Source: an uncultured Paraburkholderia sp.
Lineage (GTDB): Bacteria; Pseudomonadota; Gammaproteobacteria; Burkholderiales; Burkholderiaceae
Length of the DNA: 64,000 nt
Direction: 5' to 3'
Assembly (NCBI GenBank): GCA_966421005.1
Contig: CBJLAJ010000011.1
Coordinates: 10,202 to 74,201 of the forward strand
Positions 1 to 10,287 of the stretch are shown here, in pieces. The notes below the pieces were generated by a model. That model saw only the letters and a list, made by a program, of their open reading frames with translations, was not told the origin of the DNA and searched no databases. The position numbers were made by a program, and so were the translations under genes. Positions within the stretch are counted from its first letter, which is position 1, and each line of letters starts with the position of its first letter.

Positions 1-322
1 CCGGTGGGGGATCGGGCATGGCGAGCAACGTGCTCGGATAGGCGGGATCGGCAAGTGTGACCAGCGCGTTGCCCGGCTGTGCGCACCACGTGGCGACGCC
101 GGCGACTTCGGCTTCGAAACCCGCGGGCAATGGCGCGAGGACCGCGTGGGCTGCCGCCTCGCCCGCGACCTCCGCGAGCGCGTCGAACGGTTGGCTTCGC
201 AGGGCCTGCGGCATGCCGAAGGCGGCAAGCAGTGCCCGCAGCGCAGCGGGCGTGAGACTGCGCGCGCTTGCCAAAGCCAGCCACGCGGCACGTTCATCGT
301 CGGTCATGGGCAGCGTTTTCAT
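1..322 (-). CDS. dprA: DNA-processing protein DprA (5' part; runs off window start)
   Basis: Manual translation from ATG at 322: [36 protein letters not shown]...[21 protein letters not shown], a typical DprA N-terminus; divergent from def as in the usual dprA-def-fmt synteny. Confidence 0.85.
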   Translation of the reverse strand, partial: MKTLPMTDDERAAWLALASARSLTPAALRALLAAFGMPQALRSQPFDALAEVAGEAAAHAVLAPLPAGFEAEVAGVATWCAQPGNALVTLADPAYPSTLLAMPDPPP

Positions 323-587
323 CGTATGCGGCTCGACTGCCAGCGGACACACCCGCGGCATGTTAAAATTTTCACCATCCGAAAAGTCCCCCGTGCCCTC
401 ACCGATAACGCGCGAGCCCTCGCCCATTCAGGCTTCCCGGGCAAAGCTCCCCGCGACGTTGAGCTATCTTCGGTGTGCGGCCACGGCGGCACAAGCCAGC
501 CGATCGGCCTATCGCCGCATACGGCAATCGTTGATTCGCGCGGCACCACCCTGGCGTGGCTGCTCGAGCGCCAGTAACTTTCCGACC

Positions 588-1091
588 ATGGCATTACTGA
601 ACATCCTGCATTACCCCGATAAACGCCTGCACAAGATCGCGAAGCCCGTCGCAACCGTGGACGACCGCATCCGCAAGCTCGTCGCCGATATGGCGGAAAC
701 GATGTATGCCGCGCCCGGCGTAGGGTTGGCGGCGACTCAGGTCGACGTTCACGAGCGCGTCATCGTCATCGACGTCTCGGAAACGCACGACGAGCTGCGC
801 GCGTTCATCAACCCCGAGATCGTCTGGTCCAGCGATGAGCGCAAGCTCGCCGAAGAGGGGTGTCTCTCCGTGCCGGGCATCTATGACAGCGTCGAGCGGG
901 CCGAGAAGGTTCGCGTGCGTGCGCTCAACGAGCGCGGCGAGCCATTCGAGCTCGATTGCGAGGGCCTGTTGGCCGTCTGCATTCAGCACGAGATGGATCA
1001 CTTGATGGGACGGGTTTTCGTCGAGTATCTTTCGCCGCTCAAGCAGACGCGAATCAAGACAAAGATGAAAAAGCTCGCCCACGCGATGTGA
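588..1091 (+). CDS. def: Peptide deformylase
   Basis: [14 protein letters not shown]; motifs [13 protein letters not shown] and HEMDH; start placed at ATG 588 inside the longer track ORF 57..1091. Confidence 0.97.
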   Translation: MALLNILHYPDKRLHKIAKPVATVDDRIRKLVADMAETMYAAPGVGLAATQVDVHERVIVIDVSETHDELRAFINPEIVWSSDERKLAEEGCLSVPGIYDSVERAEKVRVRALNERGEPFELDCEGLLAVCIQHEMDHLMGRVFVEYLSPLKQTRIKTKMKKLAHAM

Positions 1092-1116
1092 GCGCACAAG
1101 TCATTCGTTCGAATCC

Positions 1117-2106
1117 ATGACACATTCGCTGCGCATCATCTTTGCCGGTACGCCCGAATTCGCGGCCGCCGCGCTTGCCGCCATCGATGCGGCGGGGTTC
1201 CCCATCGCGCTCGTTCTTACGCAGCCCGATCGCCCGGCCGGACGCGGAATGAAGCTGCAGGCGAGCGCAGTGAAGCGTTATGCGCTCGAGCACGGCTTGG
1301 CCGTGGCGCAGCCGCCTTCGCTGCGACGCAACGGCAAATATCCCGCCGAAGCGGGCGCGGCCATCGATACGTTGCGGGCAACGCCGCACGATGTGATGGT
1401 CGTGGCTGCATACGGGTTGCTGCTGCCGCAGGAAGTGCTCGATATCCCGCGCCACGGCTGCATCACTATCCCTCTTTCGCTATTTCCACGCTGGCACGCC
1501 GCCCCTCCGATCCATCGGGCGCTGGAAGCGGGCGATACGCAAACGGGCATCACGCTCATGCAGATGGACGCGGGGCTCGATACGGGGGCCATGCTGCGCA
1601 CCGCAAGTGTGGCAATCGATCCGCAAGACACGACGGCGACGCTTCACGACAAGCTCGCCGCGCTGGGTGCGAGTTCGATCGTCGAAGCGCTCGGCGAACT
1701 GGAGCGCAACGGCACGCTTGCCGCGACGCCCCAGCCCGAAGCCGGCGTCACCTATGCCGAGAAGATCGGCAAGCACGAAGCCGCGCTCGACTGGCGTCGG
1801 CCGGCCGAGGCCCTCGCCCGGCAAATCCGCGCGTTCGACCCATTTCCGGGCGGCGCGGCGACGCTCGAAGATGGCGCCACACTGAAGATCTGGGCCGCGC
1901 AGCCCGTCGCCGCGAGCGCATCCGAGGCCGCGCCAGGCGTGATCGTCGAGGTGGTGCCGGACGCCGTCGTCGTCGCCTGCGGCGAAGGCGCATTACGATT
2001 GACGCAGTTGCAAAAGCCGGGCGGTAAGCGCTTGCCGGTGCGTGAATTTCTCGCGGGCAGCGCGCTCGCTGCCGGGCAGCGGTTCGCGTTGCCGCCCCAA
2101 AGCTGA
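1117..2106 (+). CDS. fmt: Methionyl-tRNA formyltransferase (catalytic N-x-H motif altered in this sequence; see findings)
   Basis: [44 protein letters not shown]; directly follows def. Confidence 0.95.
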   Translation: MTHSLRIIFAGTPEFAAAALAAIDAAGFPIALVLTQPDRPAGRGMKLQASAVKRYALEHGLAVAQPPSLRRNGKYPAEAGAAIDTLRATPHDVMVVAAYGLLLPQEVLDIPRHGCITIPLSLFPRWHAAPPIHRALEAGDTQTGITLMQMDAGLDTGAMLRTASVAIDPQDTTATLHDKLAALGASSIVEALGELERNGTLAATPQPEAGVTYAEKIGKHEAALDWRRPAEALARQIRAFDPFPGGAATLEDGATLKIWAAQPVAASASEAAPGVIVEVVPDAVVVACGEGALRLTQLQKPGGKRLPVREFLAGSALAAGQRFALPPQS

Positions 2107-2184
2107 CTGCATGGCCGCGGGGCATGTTTCCGGCAGGGTGTCGCATCACAGGTTTTCGAAGTTTGAGCTCAGGAGGTCCCGCGC

Positions 2185-2835
2185 ATGTTCGGCATCGTTC
2201 ATTTCCCGTTTTTCCTTGCCGCCGTTTTCTTGCTCAATGTGACGCCCGGCCCCGACACGGCGTATATCGTCGGCCGCAGCGTGGCGCAGGGGCGCAGTGC
2301 CGGGCTGGTTTCCGCGCTCGGCATTTCGGCGGGCTGCTGTGTGCACTCGCTGGCCTGCGCGTTCGGCTTGACCGCGCTGCTTGCCGCATCGGCCACCGCA
2401 TTCACCGTCATCAAGCTGGCGGGTGCGGTTTATCTGATCTATCTCGGCGCGCGATTGTTGTTCGCCTCGCGCAGCCAGCCCCAGCAGGCGGCGGCGAGCC
2501 AGCCGGTGCGAGCATCCGATGGCGAGAAGCCGCTTGGCCAGCTTTTCGTGCAAGGGTTCTGGACCAACGTGCTGAACCCGAAGGTCGTGCTCTTTTTCGT
2601 TTCGTTCTTTCCGCAATTCGTGTCGGCCGATAGCGATGCCAAGGCGCTGGCGTTCCTTTTTCTCGGCCTCGTTTTCGTCGCGATGAGTACGGTCTGGAAC
2701 AGTTTCGTTGCCTGGGTTGCGGGTAGCGTGACCGAGCGGCTCGGTGGCAAGCCGGGCGTGAAAAAGTGGCTCGACCGCGTCGTCGGTAGCGCGTTCGTCG
2801 GGCTTGGGCTCAAGCTCGCCACGGCTCAGCGTTGA
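2185..2835 (+). CDS. LysE/RhtB family amino-acid efflux translocator
   Basis: LLNVTPGPDTAYIVGRSVAQG and TNVLNPKVVLFF motifs; hydrophobic. Confidence 0.9.
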   Translation: MFGIVHFPFFLAAVFLLNVTPGPDTAYIVGRSVAQGRSAGLVSALGISAGCCVHSLACAFGLTALLAASATAFTVIKLAGAVYLIYLGARLLFASRSQPQQAAASQPVRASDGEKPLGQLFVQGFWTNVLNPKVVLFFVSFFPQFVSADSDAKALAFLFLGLVFVAMSTVWNSFVAWVAGSVTERLGGKPGVKKWLDRVVGSAFVGLGLKLATAQR

Positions 2836-2991
2836 TTGGGGGCGGCAGGCGATCCTGCGGCCGGTGCGCACGGGGTTGAATTTTTTGCCCGCGCCGCAAA
2901 CTAACGAATAGCTTACAATCGATCGTGCCACTGCGGGCGTATCGGCGCTCGGCAGTTCCCGGGCTTGAAAGGAAACGAGAAAGGAGATCTC

Positions 2992-3849
2992 ATGTTCAAC
3001 TGGGTCAAAACCGCAATGCTGATGGCGGCGATCACGGCCCTGTTCGTCGTGATCGGCGGAATGATAGGCGGCTCGCGCGGGATGACGATCGCGCTTGTCA
3101 TCGCACTCGCGATGAATTTCTTTTCGTACTGGTTCTCCGACAAAATGGTCCTCAGCATGTACAACGCTCAGGAAGTCGACGAGACCAGTGCGCCGCAGTT
3201 TTACCGAATGGTGCGCGAGCTCGCGACACGCGGAAATCTGCCGATGCCGCGCGTTTATCTGATCAACGAAGACGCGCCGAACGCTTTTGCGACGGGACGC
3301 AACCCCGAGCACGCGGCCGTGGCCGCGACGACAGGTATCCTGCGCATCCTCTCGGAGCGGGAGATGCGCGGTGTGATGGCCCACGAGCTTTCGCACGTGA
3401 AGCATCGCGACATCCTGATTTCGACTATTTCGGCGACGATGGCCGGCGCGATATCGGCGCTAGCGAACTTCGCCATGTTCTTCGGCGGGCGCGACGAGCA
3501 AGGGCGTCCCGCCAATCCGATCGCGAGCATCGCCGTTGCTCTGCTCGCGCCGATCGCGGCGGCCATGATTCAGATGGCGATCTCTCGCGCGCGCGAATTC
3601 GAAGCCGATCGCGGCGGCGCGGAGCTTTCGGGCGATCCGCAGGCGCTGGCTTCCGCGCTCGACAAAATTCACCGTTATGCCGCTGGAATCCCGTTTGCGG
3701 CGGCAGAGGCCCATCCAACCACCGCTCAGATGATGATCCTCAATCCGCTGTCGGGCGGCGGCATCGCGAATTTGTTCTCGACGCACCCGGCCACAGAGGA
3801 GCGCATCGCGCGCCTCATGGAAATGGCGCGCACAGGCCGCTACGACTGA
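2992..3849 (+). CDS. htpX: Membrane zinc metalloprotease HtpX (M48)
   Basis: [15 protein letters not shown]; [15 protein letters not shown] zinc motif, [14 protein letters not shown]; AAGGAG RBS before ATG 2992. Confidence 0.96.
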   Translation: MFNWVKTAMLMAAITALFVVIGGMIGGSRGMTIALVIALAMNFFSYWFSDKMVLSMYNAQEVDETSAPQFYRMVRELATRGNLPMPRVYLINEDAPNAFATGRNPEHAAVAATTGILRILSEREMRGVMAHELSHVKHRDILISTISATMAGAISALANFAMFFGGRDEQGRPANPIASIAVALLAPIAAAMIQMAISRAREFEADRGGAELSGDPQALASALDKIHRYAAGIPFAAAEAHPTTAQMMILNPLSGGGIANLFSTHPATEERIARLMEMARTGRYD

Positions 3850-3876
3850 CGCCCTTCGAGAGGACTTCCTCCGAAA

Positions 3877-3898
3877 AGTCCCCTGAACGGGGACTCTT
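3877..3898 (+). terminator. Probable intrinsic terminator after htpX
   Basis: AGTCCCC-TGAAC-GGGGACT hairpin followed by CTT; weak U-tract. Confidence 0.5.
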
Positions 3899-4002
3899 CG
3901 CTCGGGGCGCGCCGGGATCGCCGGGCAAGCGCGCTAAAATGCGGCGTTTGTCCTGGCCCTGCCGAGGGCGCCGCGAGGCGCCCTCGCTCCACCGTCGTTC
4001 CC

Positions 4003-5439
4003 ATGACCCGATCTTCTTCAGCGCACCGGCGGCATGCCTCTCCCCGAGCCGTGCGCGAAACGCCCCTGCCGACGCTGTCGCTCGTGCCCGATTCCCTCGG
4101 CTTCGCGCTCGATGCGGCCGCTCAGGCTATTGGCGCAGTGCGCGCCGGCCGCGCGCTGCCTGCCGCGCTGGCCGCCATTCGCGCGAGTGCGCCGCCGGCA
4201 TCGGCCGAGGTTTCCCGCCAAGCGGTCCAGGACATCGCCTATAGGACGCTGCGCCGTCTCGGCACCGCGGATTGGCTCGTTGCCCGCCTCGTGCGCAAGG
4301 CGCCGCCGCCACATGTCGGCAATCTGCTCGTGTGCGCGTTGGCCTTGTTGATCGACGACGCCGCAAACGCCGCGTATTCCGCGCATACGGTCGTCGATCA
4401 GGCCGTGCGTGCCGTCGGTGCACGACGCGATCTCGCGTTTGCGAAGGCGCTCGTCAATGCGGTGCTGCGGACGTTCCTGCGCGAGCGCGAGGCGCTCATC
4501 GAAAGCGCACAGGCCGATCCGGTCGCGCGCTGGAACTATCCCCTCTGGTGGATCGACGCGCTTCGGCATAGCTGGCCTGAGCGATGGGAAGACATCCTCG
4601 CGAGCGGAAACGCTCCGGGCCCGCTGACGTTGCGCGTGAATGCGCGCCGCACTTCGGTCGACGGTTATCTTCAAACGCTGCGTGAGGCGGGTATCGAGGC
4701 CGACGCCATTGGACGATATGCGGTACGGCTTGCGACGCCCATGCCGGTCGAACGTATTCCCGGCTTTGCCGACGGAGTGGTCTCGGTACAGGATGCGGGT
4801 GCCCAACTGGCGGCCGAATGGCTCGGCGTGCGCGACGGTATGCGCGTGCTCGATGCCTGCGCCGCGCCGGGCGGCAAGACGGGCCACATACTCGAGCTGG
4901 CGGATGTGGCGCTTGTCGCGCTCGAAAGCGACGCGGCGCGCGCCGAGCGCATCGTCGAGAACCTCGAGAGGCTGCGCCTTGCGGCCGAGGTGCGGATCGG
5001 CGATGCGGGCTCGCCCGATACGTGGCACGACGGGCGGCCGTTCGACCGGATTCTCGCCGATGTCCCCTGCTCGGCTTCGGGTATCGTGCGGCGTCATCCC
5101 GACATTCGCTGGCTGCGCCGGCCCGGCGATATCGCCACGCTCGCGGCCGAGCAAACGCGGATCGTCGATGCATTGTGGCCCCTCCTGGCGCCCGGTGGCG
5201 AGCTGCTCTACGTGACATGCTCGATCTTTCCGGAAGAAGGCGAGGCGCAGGCCGCGCGGTTTGAACGCGTCCATCAAGATGCGGTACGATTGGACGCGCC
5301 AGGGCAGCTGGCGCCGGTTTCGGCCGGCGCGGCGCATCCATCCGGCGCTCTCGTATCGGCCGGAATCCGCGCCGCCGGGCGCGCCGGGTCTGACATCGAC
5401 CACGACGGTTTTTTCTACGCGCGCTTTCAGAAACGGTGA
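4003..5439 (+). CDS. rsmB: 16S rRNA m5C967 methyltransferase RsmB (exact start uncertain)
   Basis: NusB-like N-terminus (LVNAVLR), VQDAGAQ, LDACAAPGGKT, DVPCSASG, YVTCS, DGFFYA. Confidence 0.95.
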   Translation: MTRSSSAHRRHASPRAVRETPLPTLSLVPDSLGFALDAAAQAIGAVRAGRALPAALAAIRASAPPASAEVSRQAVQDIAYRTLRRLGTADWLVARLVRKAPPPHVGNLLVCALALLIDDAANAAYSAHTVVDQAVRAVGARRDLAFAKALVNAVLRTFLREREALIESAQADPVARWNYPLWWIDALRHSWPERWEDILASGNAPGPLTLRVNARRTSVDGYLQTLREAGIEADAIGRYAVRLATPMPVERIPGFADGVVSVQDAGAQLAAEWLGVRDGMRVLDACAAPGGKTGHILELADVALVALESDAARAERIVENLERLRLAAEVRIGDAGSPDTWHDGRPFDRILADVPCSASGIVRRHPDIRWLRRPGDIATLAAEQTRIVDALWPLLAPGGELLYVTCSIFPEEGEAQAARFERVHQDAVRLDAPGQLAPVSAGAAHPSGALVSAGIRAAGRAGSDIDHDGFFYARFQKR

Positions 5440-6029
5440 CGATCAGCAAACGCTTTTTTCCGCTTCGGCTCGTGGCCGTGCTCCTGACCGGGCTGACCCT
5501 TTGCCTTGCCGCAGCGGCGCCGGCGCTCGCCGATTCCATCGCCGTGCAGCGCGCGTCGCTACAGGCGGATGGCTCGGGATGGAGTCTGGACGCGCGTTTC
5601 GAGTTCGAGCTCAACAATAGCCTCGAGGATGCCGTCAACAAGGGCGTTCCGCTTTACTTCACGACCGAGTTCGATCTCACGCGTGCCCGCTGGTATTGGT
5701 TCGACGAACAGCCTGTGTCGGCATCGCAGACATTGCGTCTGTCGTTTCAGCCGCTCACGCGCGAATATCGCGTCTCGAGCGGTGGGTTGCAGCTCGGCTT
5801 CGCATCGCTCAGCGATGCGCTCGCCGTGATCAAACACGTGAGCTCCTGGCACGTGATCGATCGCGCGCAGGTGCGGCCGGGCGAAACGTACACGGCATCG
5901 GTGCGCATGCAGCTCGACACCGCATTGATGCCGAAGCCGTTTCAGGTCGACGCGGTGAACAATCGCGACTGGGCGCTGGCGTCGGACTGGAAGCGGTTTA
6001 CTTTCACGGTGAACGAACATGCTAAGTAG
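5436..6029 (+). CDS. DUF4390 exported protein
   Basis: Signal peptide; LEDAVNKGVPLYF, RARWYWFDE, MPKPFQVDA; conserved position between rsmB and the NtrY-like kinase. Confidence 0.85.
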   Translation: MTISKRFFPLRLVAVLLTGLTLCLAAAAPALADSIAVQRASLQADGSGWSLDARFEFELNNSLEDAVNKGVPLYFTTEFDLTRARWYWFDEQPVSASQTLRLSFQPLTREYRVSSGGLQLGFASLSDALAVIKHVSSWHVIDRAQVRPGETYTASVRMQLDTALMPKPFQVDAVNNRDWALASDWKRFTFTVNEHAK

Positions 6030-8427
6030 CGTGCGCCGCATAGCGAATGTGAAGAGCATCGTCTTGCGCGTGCTCGTGGCGACGGTCGCCGTCGCCGCGC
6101 TGCTGCTGCTCGTGCTGCTCGCGGCGGCGAGCGCGAACACCGAATTCTTCGATCGGTATTACTCGTGGCTCTATGCGGCCAATATCGCGGTCGCGCTCGT
6201 GTTCCTGCTGGTCGTCATTGCGCTCGTCGCGATGATTCTCGCGCGCTTGCGCAAAGGCAAATTCGGCACGCGGCTCCTCGCGAAGCTCGCAATCTTCTTT
6301 GCGCTCGTCGGCGTCGTGCCGGGTGCGATCATTTATGTCGTGTCGTATCAGTTCGTCTCGCGCAGTATCGAATCCTGGTTCGATGTGAACATCGAAACCG
6401 CGCTGACGTCGGGCCTCAATCTCGGGCGCGGCATGCTCGACGCATCGCTCTCGGACTTGCAGACGAAGGCGCGGCTCATGTCCGAGCAACTCGCAAGCGC
6501 GAATCCGGCCAACACCACGATCACGCTGCTGCGGCTGCGCGATCAGTTCGGTGTGCAAGAGGCGATGCTGATCGAGACGACGCGCGGCGTGGGCGCCTCG
6601 CCCGATCTGCACGTGCTGGCGCAGGCGTCGAACAATATCGCCAAGCTCGTGCCCGATGACCTGCCGTCACAGCTCATGATCGATCAGGCGCGCGGTCGCG
6701 GTTTTGCGGCCATCGAGGGCGAGATCGACGGCGATCCGCATGCGACGGGCAACAAGGGCACGCTGCGCTTGCGCGTCGTCGAGCGCGTGCCTGATGCGAC
6801 GACCTCGCTGTTGCAGCCGACCGAGCGCTTCTTGCAGATCACCCAGCCGGTCTCGCCAACGCTTGCGCGTAACGCCGACGCAGTGCAGCGCGCCTATCGC
6901 GAGTATCAGGAAAAGGCGCTCGGGCGCACCGGTTTGCGCAAGATGTACATCGGCACGCTGACGCTCGCGCTTTTCCTCGCCACGTTCATTGCGATGATGC
7001 TGGCGCTGGCACTCGGCAACCAGCTTGCCCGGCCGCTGTTTCTGCTCGCGCAGGGCACGAAGGAGGTCGCCGAGGGCGATTACACGCCGAAGCGAGAGAT
7101 CAAAACGCGGGACGAACTCGGTTTTCTGACGCAATCGTTCAACGCGATGACGCGCCAGCTTTCGGAGGCGCGCGCGGCCGTCGAGCGAAATCGCATCGCG
7201 CTCGAGCATTCGAAGGCCTATCTCGAACGCATTCTCGCGAACCTCACGGCGGGGGTGTTCGTGCTCGACCGGCAATTCCGCCTGACGACGGCCAATCGCG
7301 GCGCCGAGCGCATTTTCAGGCAACCGTTCCAGTCGATGCTCGGTGCCTCGCTCGAGCATATCGGTGTCGCGGCTGAATTCGGCGCCATGGTGCGCAAGGC
7401 TTTCGCGGACCGTGATGCCGCCGACCACGGCGAACTCGACGATGGCCATTGGCAGCAGCAGTTCGCGGTCCAACTGCCGGGCGAAAGCGAGCCGCTGACG
7501 CTGCTCGTGCGCGGTTCGCGCCTGATGTCGGGCGCGGTCGACAGCGTGCCCGAGGAAGTGCGCACGGCTGGCTATGTGGTGGTATTCGACGATATCTCCG
7601 ACGTGATCTCGGCGCAGCGTTCGGCGGCCTGGGGCGAAGTCGCGCGGCGGCTCGCTCACGAGATCAAGAACCCGTTGACGCCGATCCAGCTATCGGCCGA
7701 ACGTTTGCAGATGAAGCTCGCGGACAAGCTGTCCCCGCACGATGCGGATGTGCTCAAGCGCGGTGCAACGACGATCGTCAACCAGGTGGCGGCGATGAAG
7801 CAGATGGTCGACAATTTCCGCGACTACGCGCGCACGCCGCCCGCGGTGTTGGTCAACCTGCAGCTCAACGATCTCGTTGCAGAAGTACTCGCGTTATACG
7901 GTATCGAAGAAGGCAAGAGTCCGATCGTCGTGAACCTGCATGAGTTGCCGGTCATCAAGGGCGATGCGACGCAGTTGCGCCAGGTCATACACAATCTGCT
8001 GCAAAACGCGCAGGATGCGGTGGCCGAGCTTGAAAATCCTCGTGTCGTGCTCGAAACCAAGACAGTAGAATATGGCGATCCCGACGCGCAGGGCAAAGTG
8101 CGCGTCGCCGTGCGCCTCACGGTGTCGGACAACGGGCCGGGCTTCCCCGCGCGCATCTTGACGCGCGCGTTCGAACCTTACGTGACGACAAAGGCAAAAG
8201 GCACGGGGCTCGGGCTCGCCATGGTCAAGAAGATCGTCGACGAGCACGGGGCACGCATCGACATTCGCAATCGCGGCAAGGACGCGGCGGTCGAAGGTGC
8301 GCAGATCTCGATTTTGTTCCTGCAAATGGCGGACGACAGCGCCCCGCTCGAATCGGGGCAGGCGGCAACGCGTTCGGGCGCCTCGCCGGGAACGACAAAA
8401 GCAATAGCGCAGACAAGGGCAGCATAA
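6019..8427 (+). CDS. NtrY-like (EsaS-like) PAS/HAMP sensor histidine kinase
   Basis: TM helices, HAMP (RDELGFLTQSFNAM), H-box LAHEIKNPLTP, N-box HNLLQNA, G-boxes DNGPGF and GTGLGL. Confidence 0.93.
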   Translation: MLSSVRRIANVKSIVLRVLVATVAVAALLLLVLLAAASANTEFFDRYYSWLYAANIAVALVFLLVVIALVAMILARLRKGKFGTRLLAKLAIFFALVGVVPGAIIYVVSYQFVSRSIESWFDVNIETALTSGLNLGRGMLDASLSDLQTKARLMSEQLASANPANTTITLLRLRDQFGVQEAMLIETTRGVGASPDLHVLAQASNNIAKLVPDDLPSQLMIDQARGRGFAAIEGEIDGDPHATGNKGTLRLRVVERVPDATTSLLQPTERFLQITQPVSPTLARNADAVQRAYREYQEKALGRTGLRKMYIGTLTLALFLATFIAMMLALALGNQLARPLFLLAQGTKEVAEGDYTPKREIKTRDELGFLTQSFNAMTRQLSEARAAVERNRIALEHSKAYLERILANLTAGVFVLDRQFRLTTANRGAERIFRQPFQSMLGASLEHIGVAAEFGAMVRKAFADRDAADHGELDDGHWQQQFAVQLPGESEPLTLLVRGSRLMSGAVDSVPEEVRTAGYVVVFDDISDVISAQRSAAWGEVARRLAHEIKNPLTPIQLSAERLQMKLADKLSPHDADVLKRGATTIVNQVAAMKQMVDNFRDYARTPPAVLVNLQLNDLVAEVLALYGIEEGKSPIVVNLHELPVIKGDATQLRQVIHNLLQNAQDAVAELENPRVVLETKTVEYGDPDAQGKVRVAVRLTVSDNGPGFPARILTRAFEPYVTTKAKGTGLGLAMVKKIVDEHGARIDIRNRGKDAAVEGAQISILFLQMADDSAPLESGQAATRSGASPGTTKAIAQTRAA

Positions 8428-9117
8428 ATGGCAACCATCCTGGTGGTAGACGACGAAATGGGTATTCGGGAATTGCTCTCGGAGATCCTGAGCGACGAGG
8501 GACATGCCGTGGAAGTCGCGGAAAACGCGCAGCACGCGCGCGATTACCGCTTGCGTCAGGCGCCTGACCTGGTGCTGCTCGATATCTGGATGCCGGACAC
8601 AGACGGCGTCACCTTGCTCAAGGAATGGGCCGCGCAGGGCTTGTTGACGATGCCGGTCATCATGATGTCGGGACATGCGACGATCGATACGGCCGTCGAG
8701 GCGACCAAGATCGGCGCGCTGAATTTCCTCGAAAAGCCGATCGCGTTGCAAAAGCTGCTCAAGGCCGTCGAGCAGGGCCTCGCGCGCGGCACCGCGTTGC
8801 CGGCCGCGGCCGTGGCGGCGGCAAAGGTGGCCTCGCCGGGCACGGCGAACACGCTCGCCGCGGCTGTCGCGTTGCCCGTCCTCGCGTCGGACAACATGGC
8901 AGGCACCGCCGCTCTGGCGCAAACGGCATCCATCTCGTTCGATATTCCGCTGCGCGATGCGCGCGACGCGTTCGAGCGGGCCTACTTCGAATATCATCTG
9001 GCGCGCGAGAACGGCAGCATGACGCGCGTTGCCGAGAAGACAGGTCTCGAGCGCACGCACCTCTATCGGAAGCTCAAGCAGCTCGGAGTCGACCTCGGCA
9101 AGAACAAGGGCGAGTGA
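8428..9117 (+). CDS. NtrX-like (EsaR-like) response regulator: receiver plus Fis-type HTH, no AAA+ domain
   Basis: ILVVDDE, LLDIWMP, FLEKP; C-terminal VAEKTGLERTHLYRKLK. Confidence 0.92.
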   Translation: MATILVVDDEMGIRELLSEILSDEGHAVEVAENAQHARDYRLRQAPDLVLLDIWMPDTDGVTLLKEWAAQGLLTMPVIMMSGHATIDTAVEATKIGALNFLEKPIALQKLLKAVEQGLARGTALPAAAVAAAKVASPGTANTLAAAVALPVLASDNMAGTAALAQTASISFDIPLRDARDAFERAYFEYHLARENGSMTRVAEKTGLERTHLYRKLKQLGVDLGKNKGE

Positions 9118-9167
9118 GCGAACGAGGCAGGTTCCTGACACCCACCCGCGAAGACACCCAAAAGCAC

Positions 9168-9196
9168 TTGAGCACCTCGTGAGTCCCTGATATACT
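9168..9196 (+). promoter_or_regulatory. sigma70 promoter of tRNA-Phe
   Basis: TTGAGC (9168-9173), 17-nt spacer, TATACT (9191-9196), 13 nt before the tRNA. Confidence 0.75.
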
Positions 9197-9209
9197 CTCG
9201 CTTCTTCGT

Positions 9210-9285
9210 GGCCCGGTAGCTCAGTTGGTAGAGCAGCGGATTGAAAATCCGCGTGTCGGTGGTTCGATTCCGCCCCAGGCCACCA
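9210..9285 (+). tRNA. tRNA-Phe (GAA)
   Basis: 76-nt cloverleaf GGCCCGGTAGCTCAGTTGGTAGAGC...; anticodon arm GCGGA-TTGAAAA-TCCGC; T-loop TTCGATT; encoded CCA. Confidence 0.98.
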
Positions 9286-9294
9286 GCAGTATCG

Positions 9295-9329
9295 AACCCC
9301 AAGAACCGAAAGGTCCTTGGGGTTTTTCT
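9295..9329 (+). terminator. Intrinsic terminator after tRNA-Phe
   Basis: AACCCCAAG-A-ACC-GAAA-GGT-C-CTTGGGGTT stem followed by a T-run. Confidence 0.8.
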
Positions 9330-9472
9330 CATGGCGCCGGCATCCCTATGCGTTACGCCGGGTACCGTGTATAAGCGCTGCCGCGCCTGTCCCCGAAAGG
9401 CGAGGCATATACTGCACGGGTGGCGCGACGCGTGCGTTCGTGCCCATATCCTGGTTCACGGAGTTTCTAACG

Positions 9473-10207
9473 GTGGTTCAGACAGACGCTAAGAATGGCG
9501 CGCTCGTGTTGTTTTCGGGCGGCCAGGATTCGGCCACGTGTCTCGCGTGGGCCCTCGATCGCTACGACACCGTGGAAACGATCGGCTTCGATTACGGCCA
9601 ACGCCATCGTGTCGAGCTCGAATGCCGCGAGGGCGTGCGCAGCCAGCTTGTACGCGAGTTTCCGGCATGGGCGCCCCGTCTCGGGGAGGACCACACGATT
9701 GACCTGTCGGTGCTGGGTGCCATCAGTGATACCGCGATGACGCGCGAGATCGAGATCGAGGCGGCGGCGAACGGGTTGCCGAACACCTTCGTACCCGGGC
9801 GCAATCTGATGTTCATGACGATTGCGGCGGCGCTCGCCTACCGGCGGGGCCTGCGAGTGCTCGTCGGCGGGATGTGCGAGACCGATTTCTCGGGCTACCC
9901 GGATTGCCGCGACGATACGATGAAGGCGCTGCAGGTCACGCTCAATCTCGGTATGGCCAGCCGGTTCGTGCTCGAGACACCGCTCATGTGGCTCGACAAG
10001 GCCGATACCTGGCGGCTTGCCGAATCGCTGGGCGGCGAGGCGCTCGTCGAGCTGATCCGCGTCGAGACCCACACCTGTTACGTCGGCGAACGCTCCGAGC
10101 TGCACGACTGGGGCTTCGGCTGCGGCGAGTGTCCGGCATGCCGCCTGCGAAAGCGTGGCTATGAGGCGTTTCGCGCGGGCGAAAAAGTGACGCAGCAGCC
10201 GGCTTAG
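9473..10207 (+). CDS. queC: 7-cyano-7-deazaguanine synthase QueC
   Basis: [35 protein letters not shown]; GTG start at 9473 chosen. Confidence 0.95.
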   Translation: MVQTDAKNGALVLFSGGQDSATCLAWALDRYDTVETIGFDYGQRHRVELECREGVRSQLVREFPAWAPRLGEDHTIDLSVLGAISDTAMTREIEIEAAANGLPNTFVPGRNLMFMTIAAALAYRRGLRVLVGGMCETDFSGYPDCRDDTMKALQVTLNLGMASRFVLETPLMWLDKADTWRLAESLGGEALVELIRVETHTCYVGERSELHDWGFGCGECPACRLRKRGYEAFRAGEKVTQQPA

Positions 10208-10287
10208 CGCGGCTATGCGATGGCCGGTATCGATATGGACGACGACTTTCGCCGCCGCCGGCCTATCGAGATAGACAGAAAGAGATC

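Noticed and set aside
2870-2920. sigma32 promoter upstream of htpX (GTTGAA-N13-CCGCAA)
   Set aside because: The match is too degenerate to call, and a competing TACAAT -10 lies nearby.
9210-9330. tRNA-Phe as an integration site for an island or prophage
   Set aside because: No integrase follows, and no duplicated tRNA 3' end was seen in the window.
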